NCBI GenBank assembly: GCA_038087875.1
Contig: CM075990.1
Location: 13,642,001-13,706,000 of the forward strand
Reading direction: 5' to 3'
DNA from: Malacoraja senta
Lineage: Eukaryota
DNA: 64,000 nucleotides
Made by a program: the position numbers and the translations under genes. Under the pieces are notes generated by a model, which had not been told where the DNA came from, made no database searches, and saw nothing but the letters and a program-made list of their open reading frames with translations. Of the stretch, positions 1-13,369 are shown piece after piece (position 1 is the first letter of the stretch; the number at the start of each line of letters is the position of its first letter).

Positions 1-2084
1 CTAATTCTGCTCCTATGTCTTATGGTCTTACATTAAAAATCTTTATCTCCAATCATTGCAAGATGGTTCAGTCTAATAACACATTCACTGTGTACAAAAT
101 GCTTCAAGTTCGACCCAGAAGCATAACATCACATCAGCTGAAGACTACAATTGATCTCGATTCTGATGTTACGTCATCGGGGAATCATTGGTTAAATATA
201 AGTTCAGAAAAGACATTTCGTTCTGAGACCATTTACCATCTGCATTGCCAACAGCTTAATTCCATGAAGGAAATACTCTACATGAAAAGCTAATGTATAT
301 AAAATGTCCACGTTATTCTCTCCTCTGTTTTTTACTCATTTCGCTCTTCATTTGATGAGAAATTCCATCTCTGAACAGAGCAACTCTTGATTAGTCATGA
401 AGATAAATACTGCAATGTTGAACACATGAATTCATATCCCAAAGCATTCAGGATAAAATATTTATGGGAGCTTGGTGGTGGGCTCACTTTGGTTTGGGTG
501 AAAGCTCAGGCATTCTCTTTGTATTTTTTCTTCTCTGATGTATTTAATATTATTTGAGGGAACTATCTACAGCCTAAGTGGCCTAAGTGGGAGCTAAACC
601 ATGTGACTGGGTTACTGGGTCGTCCAATGGTATAGCTCTTACTGCAGTTATCTCACAACTCCAGCAACCTGGTTTGATCCTGACCTTGCATGCTGTTTGT
701 GTGGAGATGGGTGGGTAGTTTTCCTGTGACCATGTGAGTTTCCACCAGTTTCTTCCCACATTCCAAAAATGCAGTCCACATCATAAGATTAGAAATTGTT
801 CAGCCAGAGCTGAACACACTTCTCGGCATCTGCATACAATGGCGTCTTGCGCTTCTTGTGCTTCTTGTGTACAGTGGGTGAAAGATTGGTGGAAACAGGG
901 CCGCGACGTGAACGCTCTTCTTTGACGCCAAAAATGCAGTAATAGGTTAATTGGTGCTGTGAAATTGTCTCTAACACAGGATAAAAAAAACAAGACCTCA
1001 TTGCAAAACACAATTAAAAAAACAAAACAAGTCCATGATAGTGTGAGGCGTGGTCCATTGAGTTCTGTTGTTGGAGTAGGGTTGGTTGTGTGGGCTGATT
1101 GCAGGAAAATAGCAGTTCCTAAACCTGGTGGTGTGGGATTTCAGGCATCTGTACCTCCTGCCCGATGGTAGCAGTGAGAAGAGGGCGGGTGGTATGAAAG
1201 GTGCCTTAAGGAGCCTTTAATTCACAGGTGTGGATAGAAAAGTATTTTATTTGTGGATTTTGGCTGTGTGTGATTGACAGCTGCAGACTTGCAGTATGCC
1301 ACTGTTCTCATGGGAAATCAATGCAACACGTTGATCCAGTAATGAGTAAACTTCCAGGCAGAAGTTAGTTGCTCCTTGTGCATAGCAACATTACCATTAC
1401 CAAGGTTGGCAAAATTGAATTTCACGCCTTCGGTAGAAATACTTCCAGGTAAAAATTGTCAAGACAATTGTAATGAAAACTGAAAATGGTAAAAACTCCC
1501 AGAAGTGTAATTGACCGGAAATCTTGGCACTTTCTTTTTTCCACAGCAGCTTCCTTACCTGCTGAATGTCCCCAGCACTTCCTGTTTTTATTTCAAACCT
1601 GCAGTTTTTTGCTTTTCATTCACAAATATTTTTGTTTGATCGATGGTTTAACAGACAGACACCTAATCTGATCGTGGTGTCAGAAGTCTGTAGTTCCAGG
1701 CCTACTGTGAAATTGAGTCTACAAGCAGGAATGGCATGAAGGGGAGCTGCATACTGAGCATATTTTGCAGATAAAGTGTAAAACCAAGATCTCCTAATCT
1801 ACAACCAAAACGTCTGTCTGGCTGTCTATTTGTTTATTTGTTTATTTGCTTCCTCTTGGACTCACACCCATTTCTCCCCTTCCCCCTTCCCCCATCATCT
1901 TCCACCTATATTTCTTCCTCTGGTTTTACAATTTCCTCTTGTTCTACCCTTCACACGTTTTGTCTTTTCATCTCCGGCCTTTGTCCAGCCACCTGCCAAT
2001 CTAACCCCCCCCCTCATCTGTATCCACCTATCACTTGCCATGCTCTGTCCTGTCCACAGCTGTCTTTGAGATTTTTCCTCCTTA

Positions 2085-2480
2085 AGGGCCAGACCCACTC
2101 AGGCTATTTTTAGGCGACTGCCGGCGACTGTCATAGTCGTAGCAGTCACTGAAAAACAGCGACTGGACCCCCTTTCGACATAAAATTTGAAATAGAATCA
2201 TTACTTTAACAACAAACAAAAAACGGTCAGCACCGGCAACAACCTACGTTAACCTGACGACAACTACAACAGCACCTACTTCAGGAGAAGTCAAGCTACG
2301 CTCATTGGCGTCAAACCCACTGTCGCCGACTGTCTCCGAAGTTTTTTCAACATGTTGAAAATCCATCGGCGACCAGAAAGACGCTACGACTCTTTGGGCG
2401 ACTGAGGAGACGACTCACGACCATACAGGCGACAACCCGGCGATCATCGCCTATAAAATCGCCTAAGTGGGGCAGGCCCT
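2085..2480. mobile_element. PIF/Harbinger-type MITE
   Basis: TTA TSD (2082-2084, 2481-2483), imperfect terminal inverted repeat (TIR) AGGGCC..CCCACT, internal palindrome ttttcaacatgttgaaaa. Confidence 0.8.
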
Positions 2481-3454
2481 TTAGTCCTTCTTCCACCACA
2501 GTTAGTCTGAAGAACCTGACCTTCAACGACAATGAACACGATCCAAAATGACACACATCCATGTTCTCCAGCGATGCTGCCTGACCCACTGAGTTATCCA
2601 GAACGTTGTTGTTTTTTTTAGTTTGATCTTGCTTCTGCAGTTCATCTGGTGCAGCATATTCTGAGAAAGCAGTGGGATCCAGTATCCTGTTCACTCTTCT
2701 TGGCTCTCTATCAGACTGAGACAAGGCATTGAATATATTAATTGAACACAAAAGAAGGAACTAAATTCCACCCCTTCTAAAAGCTTGCAGTGTGCTTATT
2801 GAAAAGTCATGAAAAGAGAAAGCAAGTGAGCATTAGAACCCCAGTCCAGAATCTCCTGGAGAGTTAAACTAAAGTTCGATAAGCCATTAGGAGTTCAGTA
2901 CATTCTGCCATGGATTCTCTTGTTAATCAACTGCTAATTATTTCTCAATGAGCTTGCAGTATTGACGTCACAATCATTAATCCTGTAGTGTGAATATCTG
3001 CACATGCCAATGACATGGAGTATATTGGCATTTAGCCCAGAGCCAGACAAAGAAAAACCCCATAAAATTATAACGGGGATCATAATAAAGAAGCAATGTG
3101 ATTTTGAATGAAATAATTGGATTGATGTGGAGATTGTAAACCAAGAGGTATCATGACCTCTTCCAGTTTATGTGGTTTCTTAATTTTTTGCCTTGTATTT
3201 GTTGCCAGTGAATCCTTACTGAGCTTTATAAGGATCAACAAATTCCCTTCACTTAACTGCATCCAAGTTATCAAAATTAAACTTTATGTGGCCATCTAAT
3301 GTCACGGGAGAACTGATTAGATAGTCTACAGGACACCACTGGCAACAACCTTGATGACGCAGGGAGGTTTGTAGTGCGATGCTCGGTGTCTGAGGAAGCA
3401 TAGGATTTGAATTAGACTTGAATAGGCCATAGGAGAACTCTTGCTCTCCAGGGT

Positions 3455-3546
3455 ACACAAAAATGCTGGAGAAACTCAGCGGGTGCAGCAGCATTTATGG
3501 AGCGAAGGAAATAGGTAACGTTTCGGGCCGAAACCCTTCTTCAGAC
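3455..3546 (-). mobile_element. hammerhead-bearing short retroposed element (Penelope-like), ribozyme core intact
   Basis: 15-bp TSD cttgctctccagggt (3440-3454, 3547-3561). Minus strand reads aggt-CTGAAGA-A-GGGtttcggCCC-GAAA-CG-TT-acct. Confidence 0.85.
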
Positions 3547-3576
3547 CTTGCTCTCCAGGGTCTACCAAGTGTATTG

Positions 3577-4687
3577 TGTAGGAAAGAACTGCAGATGCTG
3601 GTTTAAATCAAAGGTAGAGATGTACTGGACGAGGCAATGCAGATAAAAGCGGAATCAGCAAACTTAATATCATATTTGTACAATATTATCTTAAATGCAC
3701 AAATACCATCTACGGAGGGTATCAGAAGAGACTGGGAACAAGAGTTAGCTATTAAAATTTCAAAGGAAAGTTGGAATGAATACTTATTAAAAGTGCATAA
3801 ATGCTCGATTAATGTAAGACACACTTTAATACAATTTAAAATTTTACATAGATTATATTATTCGAAAACTAAAATTCATAAAATTTTCCCAAACGTATCA
3901 TCTATTTGTGATAAATGTCAATCCCAAGAAGCAACTATAGCGCACTCATTTGTCTTCTGTACAAAAATTCAAAAATTTTGGAATGAAATTTTTGAAATCT
4001 TTACAAAGTTATTTAAAACAAGACTGATACCCAAAGCAGAATGGATTATCTTCGGAATAACGGAAGATGATCCAGAATTAAATGTGTTTCAAAAGAAATT
4101 AATGGATTATGGGTTAATAACTGGCAAAAAGCTAATTCTAAAATTTTGGAAGAAGGCTCCAATACCAACTATAAATATGTGGATTTCAAATATGTTTGAA
4201 ACATTACACCTTGAAGAGATAAGACTCCTCCTAGCAGGTAAACCAGATCACTTCCACCTGACGTGGTCTGCATTTATAGAATTATTACAAACATAGGGTG
4301 CAAAAGTACTTTAAAAAAAATAAAAAATTGAGGTCGGGTAAGGGGGGATGATAGTTGAAGAGTTGGTATGTCCTATTTACGTGATGCTCAAAAAAAAAAC
4401 ATTTGTTTCTCTCTTTTTCTCTTTCTCTTTTCTTTTCTTAGGGCCTATTTCTTAACTCTTTTTCTTTTTGTTTTTAATTTTGCTCTTATAGGGTCTTCGT
4501 CCTTTTTTGTTGTTACATTTTCTACACTTCTCTACACTTGCACTTTTTCCTTCACTTTCTTCTCTCTTTCAATCTTTTCTTTCTCTAGTGTAAAAAAAAA
4601 AATAAAGGGAGTACATTAATTGTAAGATGATATAAATGACGAGTATTAATGTATGTGGTTGTAATGTAATGTACTTCTAATAAATAA

Positions 4688-4718
<31 letters not shown>

Positions 4719-4935
4719 TCAAAGGTAGACGCAAAATGCTGGAGTAACTCAGCGGGACAGGCTGCATTTCTGGAGAGAAGGAATGGGTGTTGTTTTGGGT
4801 CGAGACCCTTCTTCAGACTGATGTCACAGTGTAACATGTCTGAAGAAGGGTCTCGACCCAAAACGCCACGCATTCCTTCTCTCCAGAGATGCTGCCTGTC
4901 CCGCTGAGTTACTCCAGCTTTTTGTGTCTACCTTC
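3577..4935. mobile_element. inverted-dimer hammerhead repeat interrupted by an L1 insertion
   Basis: Minus arm 3577-3618 resumes at 4730-4820. Plus arm about 4838-4935. Both cores carry GAAA>AAAA. Confidence 0.8.
3619..4715 (+). mobile_element. 5'-truncated L1-clade LINE (ORF2 C-terminus with CCHC zinc finger, 3' UTR, poly-A)
   Basis: Open frame 3637-4296 with KILHRLY and CDKC..EATIAHSFVFC motifs, AATAAA plus poly-A, 14-bp TSD aaatcaaaggtaga (3605-3618, 4716-4729). Confidence 0.92.
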
Positions 4936-5760
4936 CACTAAAAATATTTTTCAATCGAGTCTCGCTGACCTACGAGTAGTGTCATCCAGTGAAGAGGTAA
5001 TGAAAAGTGCCACACTCGTAAGTTGGTTAAAACTCTATAAATGGCATGTGTGTGTCTTTTGCTCAGGCTCGAGCTTTTCTCTGAGGGGTTGGTTCTTCGT
5101 AAACTGCTCCTATCAGTGTGGCATCAAACATAGAAATCTGTGACGTTGACTCTGTGATGATGGATGAAGGACCACGCACAAACAATGCTGCATGGGTTTG
5201 ATAAGCTGCAGCTAGATTGTGTGTATCTTGAAGAAATACTGACCACCGAGAGCTAGGAACAGACAAATTAATTTTGTTATGGATAATTAATAATCATGGC
5301 GCTGAAGTTGTTTCTGCCGAAATATTTGGGATAAAATGTGTTTAAAGTCGAGATTGTAAAAAGAAAATTGGAAAACACACTACGCGCCCCAATCACTGTT
5401 GATTCTATCATAGTCTCGGCTAAAGGCTATAAATTACAGTGTAACATATCTGAAACATATAGGACAAGAAACCTCCCCCCTGTACATTCAGGCTGCATCT
5501 AAGTTGCTTCACTCAAACATTGGTGCTTTAAAATTCAGGACCTTTCAACTGTGGTGGATGTTTAATTTGTGTTTATTGTATGTTTTGTTATTATTGGTTC
5601 TGTGTATGACTGCAGGCATCACAATTTCGTTCAGACCGAAAGGTCTGAATGACAATAAAGGAAATCTTGCTCAAGTATCTAACTCCGATTCCAATTCCTG
5701 AACTCCTCTGCTGGGTATAATCACTGATTTTTTTTTTCTCTCTCTTCATTCTCCTCATAG

Positions 5761-5838
5761 GCTGGAAAGATCATTCTTGCATATCGTCCTAACAATTTCA
5801 GCATCCTCAAGCGGTTTCTGATCTGGGCCATTTTATTG
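5761..5838 (+). CDS. HGSNAT: HGSNAT-family (heparan-alpha-glucosaminide N-acetyltransferase-like) internal coding exon, AGKIILAYRPNNFSILKRFLIWAILL
   Basis: Polypyrimidine tract plus ctcatag acceptor, GTGAGT donor at 5839. 78 bp, phase 0/0. Peptide resembles human HGSNAT AGKILLYYK...ILIRF..W (from recall). Confidence 0.93.
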
Positions 5839-7997
5839 GTGAGTAAAGTTGACTGCTTCCAGAACAAGCCACTGAAGTAATTGAAGTGTGTGGAGTTGCA
5901 GATGATTTTCAAAGGCAGCAAGATCAAGTTAATTGTCTACTGAAGAGACATATTTTTTGGTTAGAAATTATGGGGGACTAGTTTGGATTATTAGGGAGGT
6001 TTGAATAATCTGGGTTGGTGGTCAAATACAGAGCAGAGAAAACTGCATGCTCAAGATGCCATCTTTTAGATGAGACACTACAGTGAGATCCCATTAATCT
6101 GTGCTTGGGGTTAGAGATCCCATAGTACTAATGGACCCAAAATAAAAGTCCTTCCTCATCCAGCACCCCCAATAACATGTTACTTCTAAATTCATTCATA
6201 TGATCTTTGTGGCTTCCCACTCTGCATACAATCATTGCCTCAATAGCAAAAGTCAAGCAACTCAAAGTAAATAATTGCATTCAAAGTTATTTGTGGCTTT
6301 TTGAAAGAGGGAATAAAAGTTAGTAAGGTTAGATTCTTTAAGCTTCTTTGTCAATAGTTTCCGACAATTTATTTTGGATGCAGAAGGAATAAAATGGAAT
6401 AAAATGTTAAATAGAAATTAAGCTGTGGAGGGAATCTGCATTGTACACTACCAAGTTTAAAAAAAAAAAATCAATTATCTGTGGTTGTTAGTTCAAATAG
6501 ATAACTATTCTTCAATAGATGAGAGAAAATTGAAAGAAAGATAGAATGACATGTATATGGTAGTGGTCACACCCAAATGAAAATGTCAGTGAATTATTTT
6601 AACATTTAGTCTTTTTTTTTGCAATGGGACCTCATGAATAATGGTGAGAGGAAGGACTAAATTGGATGGGAACGTTGTAAAAGTTCCTGCTGCTTGTGGA
6701 ATAGAACTGGTGGCCCTTTATTGTCTGCGGGACCACCAGAACTGTTCTTCTGAAAACACAGGGGCATCGATTTAAACTATGTACTGTGCAGTCCTGCACC
6801 CGAGAGCGGAGTCTGATTCTTTCTCATCGAACAGGTGAAAATCCCAGACACATTCCACGACAAACTGCAGTCTTCTGTCACTTTGTCTTCTGTACCTTAC
6901 ACACAGATGTGCAGCCTCCACACAGTGCGTGGTTCAAGTCCCCACAGCCTTGGATGATTCACAGACAATAGGATTCTTTTTTCAATCAACCTTTCTCTAT
7001 TTACCTATTCCCCATTCATAAGCAAAGGCTCCCATGTTCCAAAAGTTAATGGGTGGCGGGTTGAGATCCGTTCCCTTAAATTGATGAAGCCAATTGTCAG
7101 AAAGTGATGATGTAATGATTTACAAACTGCCTCCGGAGCATTTCCTATGTCTACACAGAACGTTTTAACTTGTGCATTGAATCCATCTGAGATTCATTGA
7201 AAATTGTGCTGTCTCAGTGGTACTTACAAAGAAGTGTACATCCGATGGCAGGCCAGGAAAGAATTCATTACCTTTTTGTCCACTAGATTACCAAAGCCAC
7301 AAGGGTACAATAAATACATTGAGATGGCGACTTACATGCTGATCATTTTCAGGTTCCGGAGGTGAATGGACAGGTTTTTATCAACACTGCTTCGCCTCCT
7401 TAACTATTGAAGAGAGAAGAATATTTTCCCTCAGTCTGGGGAGATTTCAACAAAATGCCACGTCCTGGCAAACACCAGTCAGTTGTCTAATAACATAAAC
7501 ATGCACTGATTTAAAACATTGAACAATACGGGCATTTTAGAGAAGGAATTCCAAAGCTTGGGATCAAGGCAGCTGAAAGTGATGGAATTAATTAAATTGG
7601 GAATTAGCAAGAGGGTAAGTCAGTGGAGCAAGGAGAACCTCAAGAATTGAGGACATTTGGTAGATAATGGGGGCAAGGGTGTGAAGTAATTTGAAAACCA
7701 GGAGAACATCAAATTAAAGGATAAAGGAAAAATATCTGTTACATTATTTGTGGTGTTTACTCGGTGAAAGAGTCTGATTTTTTTTCAAACTTTGTGCGGT
7801 AAATTTGTGATCTATAAACACGTCACCAGATTGTGTGCAGATTCCTGATTGCGAATGCTGATTGCATGACTTTTATATCACATAGAATAAACAATGCTGT
7901 AGCTGTGACTTGAAAAAATCAAGGCACTGTTGTGCCTGAGTTATCTACGGAACTATCATCCACCTGTAAACTCAAGGGTTCTTTATCATCACATGGA

Positions 7998-8308
7998 GGT
8001 GGCACAGTGGTGCAGTGGGTAGAGTTGCTGCCTTACAGCCCCAGAGACCCGGGTTCCATCCTGGCTATGGGTGCTGTCTGTATGGGAGTTTGGACGTTCT
8101 ACCCATGACCTGCGTGGGTTCTCTCCGAGTGCTTCGGTTTCCTCCCACACTCCAAAGATCTACAGGTTTGTAGGCTAATTGGCTTGGTAAAATTGCAAAT
8201 TGGCCCTAGTGGGTTGGATAGTGCTGGTGTACGGGGTGATTGCTGGTCGATGCGGACTCGGTGGGCCGAAGGGCCTGTTTCCGCACTGCTCCTCTAAACT
8301 AAACTAAA
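7998..8308 (+). mobile_element. tRNA-derived V-SINE (HE1-like), full length
   Basis: A/B-box-like head, central ggtttcctcccaca domain, CR1-type tail gggccgaagggcctgtttcc, (TAAAC)n end. Confidence 0.85.
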
Positions 8309-8770
8309 TTAAAAATTGTACAGTGGGAATGGTGCGCACATGCAAAAACATGTAACCCCACACTTGTCAACAGTTTACCACCATATGGAATCTGAGGGGA
8401 AAATTGATGCTTGCTTGAGTAACTTGTCTAGAATTTCAATCAAACAGCACCAATTTTTTTTAGACCCATGAGTTCAAAAATTGAGCTAAACTGGAATAAA
8501 TTACATCTGTGACAATTTTGAAGGTCAGATCATCCCAGTCATGAAAATCACTGGGGCACTTCCTTATACCAGTTGTGACTCCAACACAATTTCTCTGTCA
8601 GGCAAAATCTGATGCTACCTTTTTGGAGCATTATCAGGGAGCTGGGAACTGGACTCATGTTGTCCATGGGGTGCGATTCATCAGCCACTTGTTGACAACC
8701 TGGTCCTATTCCCTCGGTGCCAATCTGGACCCTTGGGCCCCTTCAGACATACAATACCCTGACCCCATGA

Positions 8771-8887
8771 AGGTAGGCACGAAATGCTGGAGTAACTCAG
8801 TGGGACAGGCAGCATCTCTGGAGAGAAGGAATGGGTAACGTTTCAGGTCTTCGATTTAAACCAGCATCTGCAGTTCTTTTCTACACA
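8771..8887. mobile_element. hammerhead-family repeat with internal inversion
   Basis: Minus arm joined to the plus-strand 3' end. Imperfect TSD ccct(g/c)accccatga. Confidence 0.75.
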
Positions 8888-10444
8888 CCCTCACCCCATG
8901 ACCCTGCCAACCTGTGATACCTATTCCACAAAGAATAGCTGTATAACTGTATACGTACCGTACGACTGTATAACCATGCCTGACGCACTGAATGTTTTCA
9001 GCGTTTTTTGTTATAATTGCAGACTTCCAGCAATCGTAGTTTTTTTTCTAAACAGTTTGGGTAAATTGGACAAACTTTAAACAGAAACTGATTTCAGATT
9101 TTAAACTCTGATTCAAGTTGAACCTCCTCTCAAGTTTAAAGTGATTTTCTGCACTGGACCTTAACCCTCGTCATTTCAGGCAGATTGAAGCATCACACAA
9201 ATTAACTGCTGATTAAAATCTTCCTTGCCTAGATGAGAATTCTCTAAATCTGCTTTCTCAGAATTGAACCAAGAGCAAAATTCTATGGAAGAATGCTTAA
9301 CATTTCCAATTGACAAAGTCAATTTTCCTGGAACACTAATCCTTTTCTAAGTGCACCTTGTCCAGAGAAAACACTGAAGTACTCCAAACCATTTCACATG
9401 AAACAGCCGCTAATGGTTTCAGTTTATGTTCGTTTGCTTTGCAAGCTGCTCGAGGAGCCCAGTTACTGGGATATATTTGTGTGGTGTGTGCCACATAATG
9501 CAAAGACTCTCGGAGGATTTTAGCATCCTTTGTCTTTTTTCTTCAGAGCTTTGTCAGTTCTACAGATTCCATGTAAGAGCCAGAATAACTCCTGGATTCG
9601 GTGAAAGCATCGCATCTCAGATGAAAAAGATAAAGAAACAGACTTACATTTTCACACTAAAATTAGAAAATCCTGAATATACTTTGCTGGTCAGGCAGTG
9701 TCCATAGAGAGGGAAACAAAAATGATGCTTTTGGACAAAATTTACAAGAATGATAAACGAGAACACATGTATCAATGAAGGATGAATTAACCGAGTCTCT
9801 CTTCTCTTGAGAAGAAAGCCAATGGTGAATTAATATAATGATACAGATTTCTCCATAGTGCGATGCAGAGAGAATGTTGTGGGCAAGGACACTCGAGACC
9901 ATCACTGTAAGACATTTAACAAGAATGCCATTAGGGGATTCAGAAGAAGCTGCTTTTGCAAAGGCTGATGAGAATGTGGAACTTGATCCCGCAAGAGTGT
10001 TGAGGGGTGAAACATTCAAGTGGAGGCTGCACCAGCATATTAGGAAGAAGAGAATAAAGGAGCACGCTGATACATGTAGATGATGAAAATAAGAGTCTTT
10101 GATGGAGCATAAAGGCTGTCCTGGACTGCTTGGGCTGAACTGTTTGCTGCTGTATCATATTTACTGTATTACCCAAAATACCCCTCAGCTTCCCCTTCCC
10201 CATGACCCCCTCAACACTTAAGCACCGAACCCTGGAGATCGGATAAATGATTACATCCTTCCCACTACCAAACAGGAATCTCAAAGAAACTGCGTTTTTT
10301 TTATAATCCCCAGCTGGGGATTCTCTCCCTTGCCCATAACCCTCCCAGCTTTAGACTGCTCTGATTACCGGACGCACTGGCAGAATTCAGGAAGTTGAGG
10401 ACTTTCCTACTGGAAGTCTGACCCAGCCTGTGGCCATCCCTCTT

Positions 10445-10675
10445 TAGCCAGAGGGTCGTTAATCTGTGGAATTAATTGCCACAGAGGACTGCGGAGGCCA
10501 AGTCAGTGGATGGTTTTAAGGCAGAGATAGACAAATTCTTGAATAGAACGGGTGTCAAGGGTTATGGGGAGAAGGCATGAAAATGGGACGAGGAGGCAGA
10601 GATCAGCCATGATTGAATGGCAGAGGATCGATGGGCCGAATGGCCTTATGCTACTCCTATCTTGTGAACTTGTGA
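10445..10675 (+). mobile_element. CR1/HER1-like LINE 3' fragment
   Basis: aatctgtggaat...gatcagccatgattgaatggc...gggccgaatggcct tail shared with other copies. Confidence 0.75.
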
Positions 10676-13298
10676 CAAGGGCACAAAAGCAAAGAGTTTG
10701 TTGGCTCTCCCTAAAGTGACTGTTTAACACACTTTTGCCAGTGCTGTCCAAATGATCAACCATTATGTGAACAGATCTCCTAAAGTTTATTCTGCATTGC
10801 TTGCCGTTTTCTCCATGGATAAACAGATATCCACTTTCAGTAGTTTTGTGGCTCTCAACGATCCCGTGCATTATGAAGATGGGTACTCCTGATATCCTTG
10901 TCAGCATTTCTCACGTAAAAACTGGCCATTCGTCTTACTGCTATCCATGATAATCTTTCCACTTGCAAAATGAACCTTGTCAGTTGCCTGGAGTCCCTGT
11001 ATCTTTATGTGAAAAGTATTTTAAAATGTTAATGAAATGCTTTTTTTTCTGAATTAAAATTGGGGGTCTGTCGAGAAATAATTGAAACAAATAATTGTTC
11101 GACTGGAAAATGTAATTACAGAATGGTTCATGCTAATCTGTCAAAGCTTGCTTTCAAATCTCCAAGCTGATGAAATATGGGCTGGTGTCTCATTATTGTT
11201 TCACGTCACCAGCTGCGATGCTTTGTCACTAATGTAAACTAACAGCACAAGGATAGAATCAAACCCAATTCTCTTATAGGACAATGGCTGAATGACAGCA
11301 ACAGGATACACAATAGAAAAAATACAAAAGGCACTTTATCCGACTGATGTGATTTTCCTTTAAAAAAGATGAGAATTGTCTGATCATTCACAATCGGGGC
11401 CATTGACATCCTTGTGTGTTAATTGTCATGTACGGGCGTGATTTCCGGGTTAATACTTAGTTTTTGGAGAAAAAAAATAACCAGCTCCAGTTTTACTGTC
11501 TGTTACATTATTTCCACGTCAGCTGGACTTGACGGGAACCCTCAGTGTATTTCATCTCTTCAAAGAGATTTACATACAGTGATTAGACTGAAGGGGAATG
11601 ACTGCTGTGCAAGTGGAATGAGGCAAAGGCCAACAAAGAAAGTCAGCATGTTGATTAATAAATCACCCCCTCTTTTTGATTTTTACATGTAAGTCAAGTA
11701 TTAGAGTCACAGAGTCATACAGCACGGAAACCGGACCTTCGACTCAACTCATCTATGTTGAGCAAGATGCCTATATGCACTAGTCCAATATGTTTGCGTT
11801 TGACCCATATCCATCTAAACCTATTGCAAAGGAGGCTGTGGGGTCAGATTTATAGCTGAGCAGATGGCTAGTATGTTGCTATTTCAACTTCTGGTGCCTC
11901 TGGTAAATGAGAACCAATTTATATCTCTACGGACAGGGAAGGAGAGAAGTGATTCAAGTGAGCATTATTACAACCATGGGCCGGTTGGGCCGAATGGACT
12001 GTTTCTTTGCTTATGGAACCATGTGGGGTGAGGAGGCGTGGTTGACATCTTCTAAAACTTCAATAATTTGTCCTTATATATATACACAGTGATTGTACCA
12101 TAAATATTGCTCATTTCATTTTAACAGTATGTGGGCTGCCCATAAGGACATGGACAATGGATTATAATTTGCTTATAGTAGGAGTAGTTACTTAAAGATC
12201 AATATCAATGAGGATCAGTTTTCATCCAGGGATTTCAACCCCATTGAAGATATTGGCAAAGCATTATCTGTCTGTAATTATACAATGAAGCATTGACATT
12301 CATGTTGTAAAAATGCATCTCTGCCTGACAGTAAGGTTGCATCGTTTACTCATACCTGACCTTGAACAGAAAGGTTTATTTTAAACTGGTGTCCATGCTT
12401 AAATGGGCTTATTCATCTTGCCCAGACCAGAAGAACCTCAATGGTTTCCCCATTACCATATAACCAAGGCAAATCCCTTGTATGTGATTATTTGGCCAAT
12501 AAACTTACTTACTTACTTACTTAAAAGATGAAGCAGAAGCATTAATCCAGAGTCCTGGCCAATACAGTATTTATCCTCATTGCAATGTATAATAATGTTT
12601 GACATCCATCTTCAGGTCATTTAGCGAAACATGCTCTACTGTAGAGGATGCACTATCTACTCTGTTTCCAATTGTCAGTTCCAGTGAAATCAGTGCAATC
12701 CACTTTATCACAGGGAACAAATATCTGCTTCAACACTGCCCGCAACTGAAGTAAATTCAGTTTATGGAAGTGTATAAATTGGCGTCCCTATTTTCACTGT
12801 GAACGACTTGATTGTATTCATGTATAGTCTTTTTATAGACTGGTTAGTACACAACAAAAACCCTTTTCACTGTACCTCGATGCACGTGACAATAAACAGA
12901 ACTATATAAGAATTGGGGTGCTTCAAAAATTACTTAGTATGTGCTGCAAAACCCTGTGGTTCTGAAGGAGTGATTTAAATACTGGTCTTCCATTTCTTTA
13001 AAATAAAGTATTCTATATCTTGTTACTGCATTGTCTCAGTCTGTGTCTGACCTGCATTAGCTTGTAATCCCTTTGCCCTTTACGCAAGTTTCGGATGGAA
13101 AAAGTAATCTGGATTTTACCTCTGTATTCCCTTAAAGCCTTGATTGTGTTTTTCATATTTCAGTACCTACCTGGGGGGTTAATCTGAAAATTGATCACGC
13201 GATGAAATCATCTTAACTGCTGTCGCAAGCCTCTATCCTTTTATTTCTCATTACAAATGTTCAGAGAATGACCAGATCTTTATTTTCTCTGCTCGAAG

Positions 13299-13369
13299 GG
13301 AATTATTTCGGCGGTCCTAACAAAATGCAGCAGGGAGGAAGGATTCATCCCCGTCAATAAGAACCTCTG
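13299..13369 (+). CDS. HGSNAT: HGSNAT-family coding exon, [23 protein letters not shown](W)
   Basis: AG acceptor at 13297-13298, GTAAGC donor at 13370. 71 bp, phase 0/2. Carries the hallmark [11 protein letters not shown] motif. Confidence 0.96.

Noticed and set aside
105..130. ttcgacccagaagca resembling the HGSNAT (Y/F)DPEG exon
   Set aside because: Reads FDPEA followed by a stop, with no GILG continuation or splice sites. The real exon is probably upstream of the window.
7998..8075. tRNA gene
   Set aside because: It is the tRNA-derived head of a SINE and continues into the SINE body and LINE-like tail.
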